Shown piece by piece: positions 55,521-64,000 of a stretch of 64,000 nucleotides of DNA; the first letter of the stretch is position 1, and each line of letters opens with the position of its first letter. The DNA is from Gemmatales bacterium (GTDB lineage Bacteria > Planctomycetota > Planctomycetia > Gemmatales > HRBIN36). The notes below the pieces were generated by a model that did no database searches, was not told the origin of the DNA, and saw only the letters and a program-made list of their open reading frames with translations. Where the stretch lies: contig JANXCQ010000007.1 in NCBI GenBank assembly GCA_025060195.1, positions 34,647-98,646 on the forward strand, read 5' to 3'. The position numbers were made by a program, and so were the translations under genes.

Positions 55521-56315
55521 TGGAGTGGCGCTTGAGCCGGCGAGCCAGCGTTGAAAAGATGCCTGTTCCCGCAGACTCGGATCCGCTTGCACAGCGCGCT
55601 GGGCAAAGCTGGCGAGTAGGTCGTGCCGCCCTAGGTGTTCGGCCATGAGGGCCAGATAATAATGTCCCCGTCCTGGTCCGACACTGCGGAGCAATTGCTG
55701 CTCTGCTTCCTGCCAACGCTCTGCCCGGGCTAGAGCTAGGCCCAAATGAACTGCGTACCGTGTATTTTCGGGTTCCAGCTGACAAGCCTGTTGCAGGCAG
55801 CGAACCTGTTCGGCCCAGTTTCGGCAGGCGCCATGGCACATGCCTAGCTCGTACCAGGCGGCGGAATTTTTGGGTGAGCGGGCCACTAAGCGTTGCAATT
55901 CTGCCAGGGCGAGATAGGTTTGGCCTTGTTTTTTATAGATCCGCGCTTGACTCAAGATGGCCTGTTCGTTGTTGGGATCCTGGCGGAGCACTGAGCGATA
56001 AAGCTGGAGAGCGCGTTGATAGTGTTCATAGCGTTGTTCGGGGTCTTTGGTAGCGTCGCCTGCAGTTTCGTAACAGCGTTGGGCGAGGATCAACAACGTT
56101 TCCGGCTGAGGTTGACGGAGGGAATCTGAACGCTCGAGAGTTGGGACCGAGTTGAGCTTTTTCGAGGATAACGGCAGATTCCCCCGCCAAAGATCGGGCA
56201 AGACATTGGTCGGCGCCGTAGGTTCAGAGTCAGCCGGAATACCCACGCAACCCGATAAACAGCCAGCTAACAAGCAGGGAAAAATTGCGGCCCCTGGTCG
56301 GGCCCATCGTAGCAT
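55506..56315 (-). CDS. TPR-repeat lipoprotein (TadD-like position at the end of the Tad operon).
   Basis: ATG 56315 has GGGAGGAAG upstream. The lipobox is CLLAGCLSGC. Several TPR units are present (AWYELGMCH..., YAVHLGLALARAERWQEA). Confidence 0.7.
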   Translation of the reverse strand: MLRWARPGAAIFPCLLAGCLSGCVGIPADSEPTAPTNVLPDLWRGNLPLSSKKLNSVPTLERSDSLRQPQPETLLILAQRCYETAGDATKDPEQRYEHYQRALQLYRSVLRQDPNNEQAILSQARIYKKQGQTYLALAELQRLVARSPKNSAAWYELGMCHGACRNWAEQVRCLQQACQLEPENTRYAVHLGLALARAERWQEAEQQLLRSVGPGRGHYYLALMAEHLGRHDLLASFAQRAVQADPSLREQASFQRWLAGSSATPSTAR

Positions 56316-56339
56316 AGCCCGTCTTCCTCCCAGCCAGTG

Positions 56340-57722
56340 CTAATTGAACTCGCAGATGAAACTGGCAGCTGCTTCGGCGATGAGTTCTACGGTCAGGTGC
56401 ACTGGCTGTTTTCTAAATCGGCAGATGGCCTGAACGATCTCGAGCAAATCCCGACAATCCGAGGCTCGGGGACTCCGCCCGCGCGAGTAATAATGTTCGT
56501 AAAGGTAATCCACGGCCTGGGGACAGAAATTCATACCCAGGCGTTTACACTGTAATTCGAAAATTTTCTCGTACAGTTGTCGCGACGGTGCCCCGATAGC
56601 CACCTTGTGCCGAATCCGCCGTAGAAAGGCGTCGTCCACCAAATCACGCGGGTCGAGGTTCGTGCTGAAGATAATCAGCTCCTCGAAGGGGACCTCAAAT
56701 TTCTGGCCCGTGGCTAAGGTCAGATAATCGTGGCGCTCCTCCAGGGGCAAAATCCAGCGGTTGAGTAACTCGCGGGGACTAACTAACTGCCGGCCGAAAT
56801 CGTCTATGAGAAACACCCCGCCGTTAGCTTTCACGTGTAAGGGCGCCTGGTAATAGTTGGCCTCGGCATGATAGCGCAGGTCGAGCATGTCCAGGGTCAA
56901 CTCGCCGCCGGTGATGACCACGGGCCGACGCACCTTGACCCAGCGGGCATCGGTAACATTGTGATTCAGCAATCGGCGGACCGTCGCCTCCGTGTCCTCG
57001 CGCGCTGACGCATGCTCCTCCTCCACGCGCTGGTGCACGGTCGGGTCGTACACCGTGATAATACTGTTTTCCGCGAAAAACGCATACGGGACGTAAATAG
57101 CCCCTCCCGAATGGTTCAGGAAATCACCGATGGCGCGGGCTATGGAGGTCTTACCGTTGCCCGGCGGGCCATAGATGAAGAGCGACTTGCCGCTAACAAT
57201 GGCGGGTCCCAGCGCGCGGAACAATTCCTCGGGCACCACCAGATGCGAGAAAGCCTCCCGCAAGGCTTCCGGCGTACAACGAACTCCAGTCACGGCCTGA
57301 CGGTAAGTCTGCTCCACATAATCCATCAGCGGCACAGGCGCAGGACCCACATAGCTGCACAGTTTCATGGCGTCGCGGGCGCGTTGTCGCCCCAGATCGG
57401 TCAGGGAGAAGCGATACGAAACCTCGCCGATCAGGTCGCCCGCGGTTACTTCGATGCATTTCTCCTTCTTCAGGAATGCCAAGACCTCCTCGAGACATCG
57501 AAAAGGTAAACACAAAAACCGCGCTAATTCCAGCCCTACCATACTGCCGCGAGTCAGCAAGGTGCGCAGCACTAAGTCGGACAAGAGGGCCAACGGCAGG
57601 CCTGTTTCTTCTAAGTTTCGCGGAGCACTCGGTGCCTCTGGCAGGTCGGAGTTTTCCCATTCCAGTAAGACGCTGCGCGAAGAGGAAACAGGTATGACGG
57701 AAGTTTGATTGAGTCCGTGCAT
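56340..57722 (-). CDS. AAA+ ATPase (MoxR/Mg-chelatase/ComM-like clade by eye) with a roughly 190-aa N-terminal winged-helix-like region.
   Basis: Walker A IYGPPGNGKTS and Walker B GGVFLIDDFG. These are followed by LNRWILPLEERHDYLTLATGQKFEVPFEELIIFSTNLDP and an arginine-containing FLRRIRHKV. Confidence 0.8.
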   Translation of the reverse strand: MHGLNQTSVIPVSSSRSVLLEWENSDLPEAPSAPRNLEETGLPLALLSDLVLRTLLTRGSMVGLELARFLCLPFRCLEEVLAFLKKEKCIEVTAGDLIGEVSYRFSLTDLGRQRARDAMKLCSYVGPAPVPLMDYVEQTYRQAVTGVRCTPEALREAFSHLVVPEELFRALGPAIVSGKSLFIYGPPGNGKTSIARAIGDFLNHSGGAIYVPYAFFAENSIITVYDPTVHQRVEEEHASAREDTEATVRRLLNHNVTDARWVKVRRPVVITGGELTLDMLDLRYHAEANYYQAPLHVKANGGVFLIDDFGRQLVSPRELLNRWILPLEERHDYLTLATGQKFEVPFEELIIFSTNLDPRDLVDDAFLRRIRHKVAIGAPSRQLYEKIFELQCKRLGMNFCPQAVDYLYEHYYSRGRSPRASDCRDLLEIVQAICRFRKQPVHLTVELIAEAAASFICEFN

Positions 57723-57836
57723 GGTGCGAATACTCCGATGCTCAAAGCCCTGGGAAATCCGTAGTTAGTTTGAGCGCTTCCGCCAATCCGAATGTGCAGG
57801 GGAGCTAAAGGCAGGCCGGCAAGACCTGTTACGAAG

Positions 57837-57989
57837 TCATTTCTTGACCATGAGCCACAGGGCGAAGATCGCGGCAAGGGCGCTCACGAGCACCACGCGT
57901 TGCTGGCTTTGCAATGCTTCGAGGGTGAGTTGCCATTGCTGGCTGAGCCAGTCCAGCAAAGCGCTCAGGAGCAGACCAGTTGCCGACAT
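57837..57989 (-). CDS. Possible 50-aa tail-anchored micro-protein.
   Basis: ATG 57989 inside ORF 57837-58205, encoding MSATGLLLSALLDWLSQQWQLTLEALQSQQRVVLVSALAAIFALWLMVKK. The RBS is weak, and it does not resemble an Flp pilin (no G/xxxxEY motif). Confidence 0.25.
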   Translation of the reverse strand: MSATGLLLSALLDWLSQQWQLTLEALQSQQRVVLVSALAAIFALWLMVKK

Positions 57990-58074
57990 CACCGGGTTGA
58001 TTCCTGCGCCAAGAGCTTTCGTGTCACGCAAGCGTCGTACCGCCGCTGGTCGCGGCAAACCGCTTGGCCGTGTC

Positions 58075-58725
58075 CTAGCGATAATTGCCGGCAGTCGCAG
58101 TGGCCGCGGCGCCCGCCCCTGTGCCTGGGGTAACGGCCGTGCCCACGCCTGCGCCCGCGGCCGCACCACCCGTGAAGGCGCTGAACACTGCCTGGCCTGT
58201 GGCACTGCGGTGCATGGAGCGAATGGCTTGCTGGGCTTCCTGACCGTGACTGCCTACCTCGGGCGGATCGTGGACTGCCACGTGAAAAGTTATCTCCGGA
58301 CGCACTGCTTTCAGGTAGGCTTGTACCGCATCCACCCGTTGACGATCAAGTTCCTGTCGTTGCTGGGCCCAGGCTTCCTCTTTCCCACGTTCCAGGGGCA
58401 GATCATGGGCCGCTTGTACGAAGACGTGGCGCACAGGTTCGGGCTGGCGCCGGGCTAAGCGATCGAGATGGGCCCGACCCGCAGCCGTCAGTTCACTGCT
58501 GCCGGGCCGAAAGTGACTGTTCCACACGGTTTGCTCCAATGCCACGCCGTTCGTTGTCTGGTGGACGATAGGCGCTGACACATACGCCCGCGCTAGGGCG
58601 CTATAACGCGGTAGGCGGCATGGGTCGGCCAGGTCATGAAAAGCATGGTAGCCGCAGGATAGGCAGCCCAGGTTCAGAGCCAGCATAGCGCTCAGGGCCA
58701 CCCCGTAAATAGTTCGGTTTTGCAT
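58075..58725 (-). CDS. Hypothetical lipoprotein in the Tad operon with a Gly/Ala/Thr-rich tail.
   Basis: ATG 58725 has GGAGG 7 nt upstream. The signal plus lipobox is MQNRTIYGVALSAMLALNLGC. The C-terminus reads TGGAAAGAGVGTAVTPGTGAGAAATATAGNYR. Confidence 0.55.
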   Translation of the reverse strand: MQNRTIYGVALSAMLALNLGCLSCGYHAFHDLADPCRLPRYSALARAYVSAPIVHQTTNGVALEQTVWNSHFRPGSSELTAAGRAHLDRLARRQPEPVRHVFVQAAHDLPLERGKEEAWAQQRQELDRQRVDAVQAYLKAVRPEITFHVAVHDPPEVGSHGQEAQQAIRSMHRSATGQAVFSAFTGGAAAGAGVGTAVTPGTGAGAAATATAGNYR

Positions 58726-58793
58726 GTGCGACCTCCGTTTCGCCAGCGCCAGGAAGATAAAGTCGTGGCACCAGGAAGGGCTGAAGTTTTTCA

Positions 58794-59765
58794 TTATTGG
58801 AGCATGGCATTATAAATCTGGATGCCCGCTGGGCCGACCAGAACGACAAAGACGCCCGGAAAAATGAAGAGCACCAGGGGGAAAATGAGTTTCACGGCCG
58901 TTTTTTGAGCGCGCTCTTCGGCCAATTGTCGTCGGCGAGTGCGCATCGCGTCTGATTGTACTCGCAGCGCCTGAGCCACACTGGTGCCGAATCTTTCGGC
59001 TTGAATCAGAATGGCCGCGAGACTCCGCACATCGTCCACTCCGGTGCGCACGCCTAAGTCGTGTAACACGTCGCGGCGCGGTCGCCCGACCTGCATTTGA
59101 AAATTACACACTGCCAGTTCATCGCAAACAGCCGGGGCAACGGTTTTCATTTCTTCGACCACCCGCCTCATGGCTGCATCCAGTCCCAAACCGCTCTCAA
59201 CGCACACCACCAGCAAGTCGAGAACGTCGGGCAAGGTCAGGAAGATCTGCTCCTGCCGTTTTTTCACCAGCCACCATAACACCACATCGGGGAAGAAAAG
59301 TCCCACACCCGTAAAAATGGCTAACCATTTAACCAAGTCCAAAGTGAGACCAAGGGTCGGTAGCAGGAGCACGAGGCCGAGAAACGCCCCCAGCAACATA
59401 GACAGGAATTTCAGACCGATGAACACGGAAACTGCCGATTCCTGGCGCAACCCCGCGTTGGCCAGTTTCAGGCGGAGTTTATTCTGTTCTAGTTCCGACT
59501 TAGGCATGAGCGGTTGCGAGAAAGCCGCAGCTTTTTGCAACAATTCCTGCACGTTCAAGGTGGGAAGCGAGGATTTGGAAGAAGTCTTTTCCGGCAACTG
59601 GAGTTCGGCCTGGCTCGCAGCGCGGCTCAAGCGCGTCAGGCGGTCTTCCACTCGCGTCTCACTGCGGCGCGCCAACCACGATAAGGCCAGCCACACTAGG
59701 CCTGCCACTCCCGCAAAGGCTAGAAGCGAATACAAGTCATTGGGGTGGATTAATTCGTGCAGCAT
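58794..59765 (-). CDS. tadC: Tad pilus inner-membrane platform protein TadC (T2SS-F family).
   Basis: ATG 59765, 14 nt after the tadB stop. T2SSF signature LPDVLDLLVVCVESGLGLDAAM, with TM segments at both ends. Confidence 0.8.
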   Translation of the reverse strand: MLHELIHPNDLYSLLAFAGVAGLVWLALSWLARRSETRVEDRLTRLSRAASQAELQLPEKTSSKSSLPTLNVQELLQKAAAFSQPLMPKSELEQNKLRLKLANAGLRQESAVSVFIGLKFLSMLLGAFLGLVLLLPTLGLTLDLVKWLAIFTGVGLFFPDVVLWWLVKKRQEQIFLTLPDVLDLLVVCVESGLGLDAAMRRVVEEMKTVAPAVCDELAVCNFQMQVGRPRRDVLHDLGVRTGVDDVRSLAAILIQAERFGTSVAQALRVQSDAMRTRRRQLAEERAQKTAVKLIFPLVLFIFPGVFVVLVGPAGIQIYNAMLQ

Positions 59766-59781
59766 GACGGTTCTCGCTGGT

Positions 59782-60753
59782 TCACACCTTGATGTTGACA
59801 ATTTTGCGGATGACCAAAGCGCCAAGAATCTGCATGGCCAGAGCAAACAGGCTCATCTTGATGCCAATTTCTGTCTTCCACAGCATGGCAACATATTCGG
59901 GGTTGATGTAGAGCATGACCAGAAAGAGCACAAACGGCAAAGCGATGAGTACCACGCCACTCAGCCGACCCTCACCAGTCAGGGCCTTTACCTGATTCTG
60001 GAGGCGGAAGCGTTCACGGATGAGGTGTCCGATCTTATCCAGAATTTCGGCCAGATCCCCACCAGTTTGCCTTTGAATAATCACACTGGTCGTGAAAAAG
60101 CGTAGGTCCAGGTTCGGCACGCGCTCACAAAGACTTTTCAGCGCGTCTTCAATACTGATGCCCAAATTTTGTTCCTCATAAACTCGGGCAAATTCTCGCC
60201 CCAGAGGTGGTGGCAATTCTTCTGCGACGAGATGAAAACCAGAGGCCAAGCTGTGCCCGGCTCGTAGCGCTCGGGCGAGCAGTTCAAGCGCGTCGGGTAA
60301 TTGGGCGGCAAACCGCATCAGGCGGCTGCGCCGTTTGTGCCACAGCCAAAGCCACGGCACGCTAGCCAGCCCTAGTCCCACAACCAGGGCCAGGAACAGC
60401 GGTACGCCAAGCACGGTCAGGACAACTAGGCTGCCCGCGGCGAGAGCCAACGACAGGGCTAATAACCGTGAAGGAGGAATCCCGCAGTCGGCTTGCAAAA
60501 ACAGCTTTTCCAGACGAGGTACTGAGGGTACCAGACGTGCCCAAAGCGACTTGCGATCTTCTTCAAAGGGAACCTTACGCCAGATGTCGATCGCTTCCGA
60601 AATGCTCGCGGTCGATTTGTCGCTTTTCTTCCCTGTGAAAGCAGAGAGGCGCTCTTCCACAGAAACTGTATCGGTGCGCCACAGCCAAGCCACCAGCAAG
60701 ACGCCGCAGGTGACCAAAACGAAAACTGCCCCGCTAAGTAGCATCGGTTCCAT
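59782..60753 (-). CDS. tadB: Tad pilus inner-membrane platform protein TadB (T2SS-F family).
   Basis: ATG 60753 has GGGGAGA upstream. Signature LPDALELLARALRAGHSLASGF. Confidence 0.8.
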   Translation of the reverse strand: MEPMLLSGAVFVLVTCGVLLVAWLWRTDTVSVEERLSAFTGKKSDKSTASISEAIDIWRKVPFEEDRKSLWARLVPSVPRLEKLFLQADCGIPPSRLLALSLALAAGSLVVLTVLGVPLFLALVVGLGLASVPWLWLWHKRRSRLMRFAAQLPDALELLARALRAGHSLASGFHLVAEELPPPLGREFARVYEEQNLGISIEDALKSLCERVPNLDLRFFTTSVIIQRQTGGDLAEILDKIGHLIRERFRLQNQVKALTGEGRLSGVVLIALPFVLFLVMLYINPEYVAMLWKTEIGIKMSLFALAMQILGALVIRKIVNIKV

Positions 60754-60767
60754 GGCAGTCTCCCCGC

Positions 60768-62132
60768 CTAATCGCGTAACAGGACCCGCTCCTGGAAAAG
60801 GTTAGCAGGCAGACGGATACCAGCGGCCTCCAACCGGTGCATAAACGTGGGTCGCACGCCCGTGGCTTCAAATTGTCCGAAGGCCCGACCATTGTGATCC
60901 ACGCCCAGTTGACGATAGCGGAAAATGTCTTGCATGATGATGATGTCCTGCTCCATACCGACCACCTCGGTGATGGAGGTGACTTTGCGTGGCCCGCCTT
61001 GCAAGCGATTGGCTTGGATGATCAGATCAACGGCGGAGGCAATCTGTTGCCGCATGGCTTTCACAGGCAGTTCGAAGCCGGCCATCATGATCATGGTTTC
61101 CAAGCGGGCTTGGGCATCGCGGGGACTGTTTGCGTGTAAGGTGGTCAGAGAACCTTCATGACCTGTGTTCATCGCTTGCAGCATATCCAGCGCTTCGGGA
61201 CCACGACATTCGCCGATGATGATGCGATCGGGCCTCATACGCAAGGCATTGCGCACCAGATCCCGAGTGGTTATTTCTCCTTTGCCTTCGATATTGGGTG
61301 GACGTGTCTCGAGACGGACGACATGTTCCTGTTGCAGTTGCAGTTCCGCCGCGTCTTCGATGGTGATGATGCGCTCTTCCGCGGGGATGAAACTCGACAA
61401 AGTGTTGAGCAAAGTCGTCTTACCGCAGCCTGTGCCGCCGCTGATGATGATGTTCAGCCGGGCTTTGATGGCAGCTTCCATGAGCATGGCCATTTCCGGC
61501 GTGAACGCCTTGAGGTTGAGTAAATCCTCCAGTTTGAGCGGATTGGTACCAAAGCGGCGAATGCTCAGGCATGGGCCGTCCAAAGCCAAGGGGGGAATAA
61601 TCGCATTAATACGCGAACCATCGGGCAGACGGGCATCCACCATCGGGCAGGTTTCGTCCACTCGTCGCCCAACTTTCGACACCATGCGATCGATGATCTG
61701 GAGCAGATGCTTGTTGTCGCGAAATTTGACGTCGGTTTTTTCCAGTTTGCCGCGACGTTCCACGTACACCTTGTACGGGCCGTTGACCAAGATGTCGCTG
61801 ACCGTTGGATCTTTGAGCAGCGGTTCCAGCGGACCGAAACCGAAGGTTTCGTCGAGCACCTCGTCAATCAGACGTTCCCGCTCCATACGATTCAACAACG
61901 GGTTTTCGGTGTCGCAGAGGCGCTCGACGACGAGACGAATTTCCCGGCGCAACACGTCGTTGGCCAGGTCGCTCACCCGCGAGAGATCCAGTTTTTCCAC
62001 GAGCTTGGTATGAATCAAGCGTTTCAGTTCTTCAAAGCTCTTTTGGGCCTCCCGTGGTATCGCGGGGGGAGTATTCACGGGACGCGAAGGAGTCTGCATC
62101 GTAGCGGCATGACTGCGGGAAACCGGAGACAT
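60768..62132 (-). CDS. cpaF: Tad/Flp pilus assembly ATPase CpaF/TadA.
   Basis: Walker [17 protein letters not shown], Asp box ITIEDAAEL, Walker [13 protein letters not shown], His box [13 protein letters not shown]. Confidence 0.9.
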   Translation of the reverse strand: MSPVSRSHAATMQTPSRPVNTPPAIPREAQKSFEELKRLIHTKLVEKLDLSRVSDLANDVLRREIRLVVERLCDTENPLLNRMERERLIDEVLDETFGFGPLEPLLKDPTVSDILVNGPYKVYVERRGKLEKTDVKFRDNKHLLQIIDRMVSKVGRRVDETCPMVDARLPDGSRINAIIPPLALDGPCLSIRRFGTNPLKLEDLLNLKAFTPEMAMLMEAAIKARLNIIISGGTGCGKTTLLNTLSSFIPAEERIITIEDAAELQLQQEHVVRLETRPPNIEGKGEITTRDLVRNALRMRPDRIIIGECRGPEALDMLQAMNTGHEGSLTTLHANSPRDAQARLETMIMMAGFELPVKAMRQQIASAVDLIIQANRLQGGPRKVTSITEVVGMEQDIIIMQDIFRYRQLGVDHNGRAFGQFEATGVRPTFMHRLEAAGIRLPANLFQERVLLRD

Positions 62133-62262
62133 CTGGCATTTCTCCTACACGGGCCAGCCGTGGGGAGACCAGCTGGAACCAATGGTGAAATAGCTTGGCG
62201 AGGCGACTGTTGCATGTGACTTCCTGCGAGACTCAGGGCCTGGGAGCACTTTGCCGCGGTTT

Positions 62263-63471
62263 TTACAAAAAGAGGGAGAAGCCCTTGCGAGTTCTTTTGA
62301 CTGTAGCGGCGTCGGCGGGTACTGCCTCCCCGCACAAGGCTTTGGCTAAATCCTGAATACTTTGCCAAACTTTCGAGCGGGGTGCATGCTGCAAGAGAGG
62401 CACGCCGAGGTTGCGTGAGGCAAGCATGGCCTTGGCATCGTTAGGAATCTGCCAAAAAACTGGTCGGCCTAGGGTTTCTTCCGCCTTTTTGACAGTGATT
62501 TCCTGATGGTCGGCACCGACGCGGTTCAACACCACGCGAACACGTTGATCCAAGCCATCGAGACTTTGCAACGAAAGCAACAAACGCACCGCGTTGCGCA
62601 GCGCGGTGAGTTCCAGTTGCGTAACTAACAAAATAACGTCGGCATGACGTAAGGCCGCTAAGTCGGTGGAACGGTAGCCTTTACTGAGGTCTACAATCAC
62701 GTGGGTGAAAGCAGCGCGTAGCAGACTGAGCACGCGATGGATTTGCTCTTCCTGAATGGCAGCGGCATCTTCGAGCTGCACGGGATGGGGCAAAAGCGAT
62801 AAGCCGGTACTGTGGCGCATCAGCGAACGCCGTAACAGGGTCATGTCGAGTCGTTCCACGCTTAACGCTACGTCTGCTAAGGTGTAGCTAGGAATCAGGT
62901 CGAGCGTAACGTCAGCATCGCCGAGGGCTAAGTCGAGATCCACAAAGACGACGTTATGCTGAGGGTTTTGCGCCAGGGCCACCCCAAGGTTGATACCGAT
63001 ACTGGTGCAACCGATCCCACCACGCGAACCTATCAGCGCTATGATTTGCGAGGTTGGAATCAAGTTTTGACCATCATTTTCTGCTGGGGCTAACTGCTGG
63101 CGCACGCGCTGCAAAGCCGCGATTAACTCCTCCAACACCACCGGCACAGTCAGAAATTCTTTGGCCCCGCTGCGTAGTGTCTGGAGGATGAAAGGCCCTT
63201 CAGTGCGCGAACTGGCCGCGAGAATGCCCACTTGGGGAAACTCCTGAGCCAACTGGTGGATCAGGGAAAGTGCCGCCTGCGGATTGCTGTCCATGACGAC
63301 CAAAGCAAGGTCGGGCCGCGCTTGCCGAACGACGTCGAGGAAAAACTCGTAGCGGGCACACTCTGCCTCCAACCAGACCGTATCCAAACCCAAAAGCGTG
63401 TCGCGAAGATGGTCGCGTGTCTGGTCGTTTGGATCTACCAGCACTAAACGAATCCAATCCTTGCCAGTCAT
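62263..63471 (-). CDS. CpaE/TadZ-like protein: a receiver-like N-terminal domain plus a ParA/MinD-type ATPase.
   Basis: The N-terminus reads RLVLVDPND...DLALVVMDSN...GAKEFLTVP. The deviant Walker A is IALIGSRGGIGCTSIGINLGVALA. Confidence 0.8.
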   Translation of the reverse strand: MTGKDWIRLVLVDPNDQTRDHLRDTLLGLDTVWLEAECARYEFFLDVVRQARPDLALVVMDSNPQAALSLIHQLAQEFPQVGILAASSRTEGPFILQTLRSGAKEFLTVPVVLEELIAALQRVRQQLAPAENDGQNLIPTSQIIALIGSRGGIGCTSIGINLGVALAQNPQHNVVFVDLDLALGDADVTLDLIPSYTLADVALSVERLDMTLLRRSLMRHSTGLSLLPHPVQLEDAAAIQEEQIHRVLSLLRAAFTHVIVDLSKGYRSTDLAALRHADVILLVTQLELTALRNAVRLLLSLQSLDGLDQRVRVVLNRVGADHQEITVKKAEETLGRPVFWQIPNDAKAMLASRNLGVPLLQHAPRSKVWQSIQDLAKALCGEAVPADAATVKRTRKGFSLFL

Positions 63472-63535
63472 ACACCTGCACCGTGGTGTGGCGTATTAAG
63501 AAAGCTCCGATTCGCGTAGTCGTATCGAAGTTGAC

Positions 63536-64000
63536 TCACCGCAGGGGTGGATCTTCCTCGCGCAGAGGACGGTAACTCTGACGGCGCGAGGGTGTGCCAA
63601 GGACAGCGGCAGGAGCCGCGTTGGGCTGCGCTTCGACATAGACACTCTCTGATGAGCTTTCGCGGGCTGACCCAACCGCATCTCGCCTGGTCTCGTGCGG
63701 ATTAGCACTGATGTTCGTTGGGAAAGCATTGCCTCCCGATGGTAGTGTGTGTCTCGGTCCCGAGTCTTGAGGACTTGGCTTTCCCGTACTTCCAGATGCC
63801 GCTGGAGGAAGCACTGGAGGGAACTCGGTAGGATGCCCTAGGCCCCCAGGGGCAGCCGATGGCTGCGTCTTGTTCGGAGGACCAGCAGGACTGCGCGGCA
63901 AGAGGCTGGGCGGAGGTAATCTTTCCTCGTTGCCCATGGTGTCGGAGCCCTGAGCGCCGGGGAGACCAAGAGGCCAGTGCGCGGGACGATAGCAGCCATC
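63536..64000 (-). CDS. 3' end of a CDS that starts right of the window. It encodes a proline-rich, probably disordered C-terminal tail, and is presumably another Tad-locus gene.
   Basis: I translated the minus frame by hand from 64000 down to 63938 and found no stop (DGCYRPAHWPLGLPGAQGSDT-MGNEERLPPP...). The frame ends at the stop at 63536-63538, 64 nt before the cpaE-like ATG. Confidence 0.4.
   Translation of the reverse strand, partial: DGCYRPAHWPLGLPGAQGSDTMGNEERLPPPSLLPRSPAGPPNKTQPSAAPGGLGHPTEFPPVLPPAASGSTGKPSPQDSGPRHTLPSGGNAFPTNISANPHETRRDAVGSARESSSESVYVEAQPNAAPAAVLGTPSRRQSYRPLREEDPPLR

Noticed and set aside
59170-62013. Plus-strand ORFs of 311 aa and 282 aa antisense to tadC/tadB and cpaF.
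   Set aside because: These are Ser/Arg-rich shadow ORFs. The minus strand encodes clear T2SS-F and CpaF proteins.

Overview
This is a 64-kb bacterial chromosomal segment. Hand-counted 60-nt samples give about 58% GC in core genes. The gene content suggests Planctomycetota, but that is an inference: an ECF sigma factor paired with a giant TPR Ser/Thr kinase, a Tat-signal Gfo/Idh/MocA oxidoreductase, a secreted sulfatase, a Tad pilus operon, and many lineage-specific membrane and coiled-coil proteins. Most of the window is housekeeping: leuS, an M20 peptidase, maf-hpf-ptsN-HPr-ptsI, DUF2344 plus RNase E/G, an epimerase, DinB, HU, a leuD-like gene, rpsO-pnp, an ilvN-like/radical-SAM/class-V aminotransferase/coaD/purM block, proC, cstA and plsC. 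Signalling genes include an FHA-GAF-HD-GYP protein, a cytoplasmic histidine kinase, a CHASE hybrid kinase, and a REC-RsbW-like protein. I could not recognise any rRNA, tRNA, CRISPR array, integrase or transposase by eye. Items worth a second look:
1. The Tad operon has a non-canonical distal module: a lipoprotein, a micro-ORF, an AAA+ ATPase and a TPR lipoprotein.
2. A low-GC two-gene islet at 5.1-7.7 kb is bracketed by repeats. It carries an alpha/beta-hydrolase gene frameshifted at a G6 tract and a TM + HEAT-like gene.
3. A membrane-protein gene is split by one in-frame TAG.
4. The sigma/kinase pair has no anti-sigma gene.
5. A roughly 500-aa Q/N/G/P-rich domain in a 1207-aa membrane protein contains 105-bp tandem repeats.
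6. RNase E/G has a roughly 140-aa insertion inside its S1 domain.
7. An orphan ilvN-like gene is translationally coupled to unknown, radical-SAM and PLP genes.
All family calls are by eye or from recall of motifs. No database search was run.
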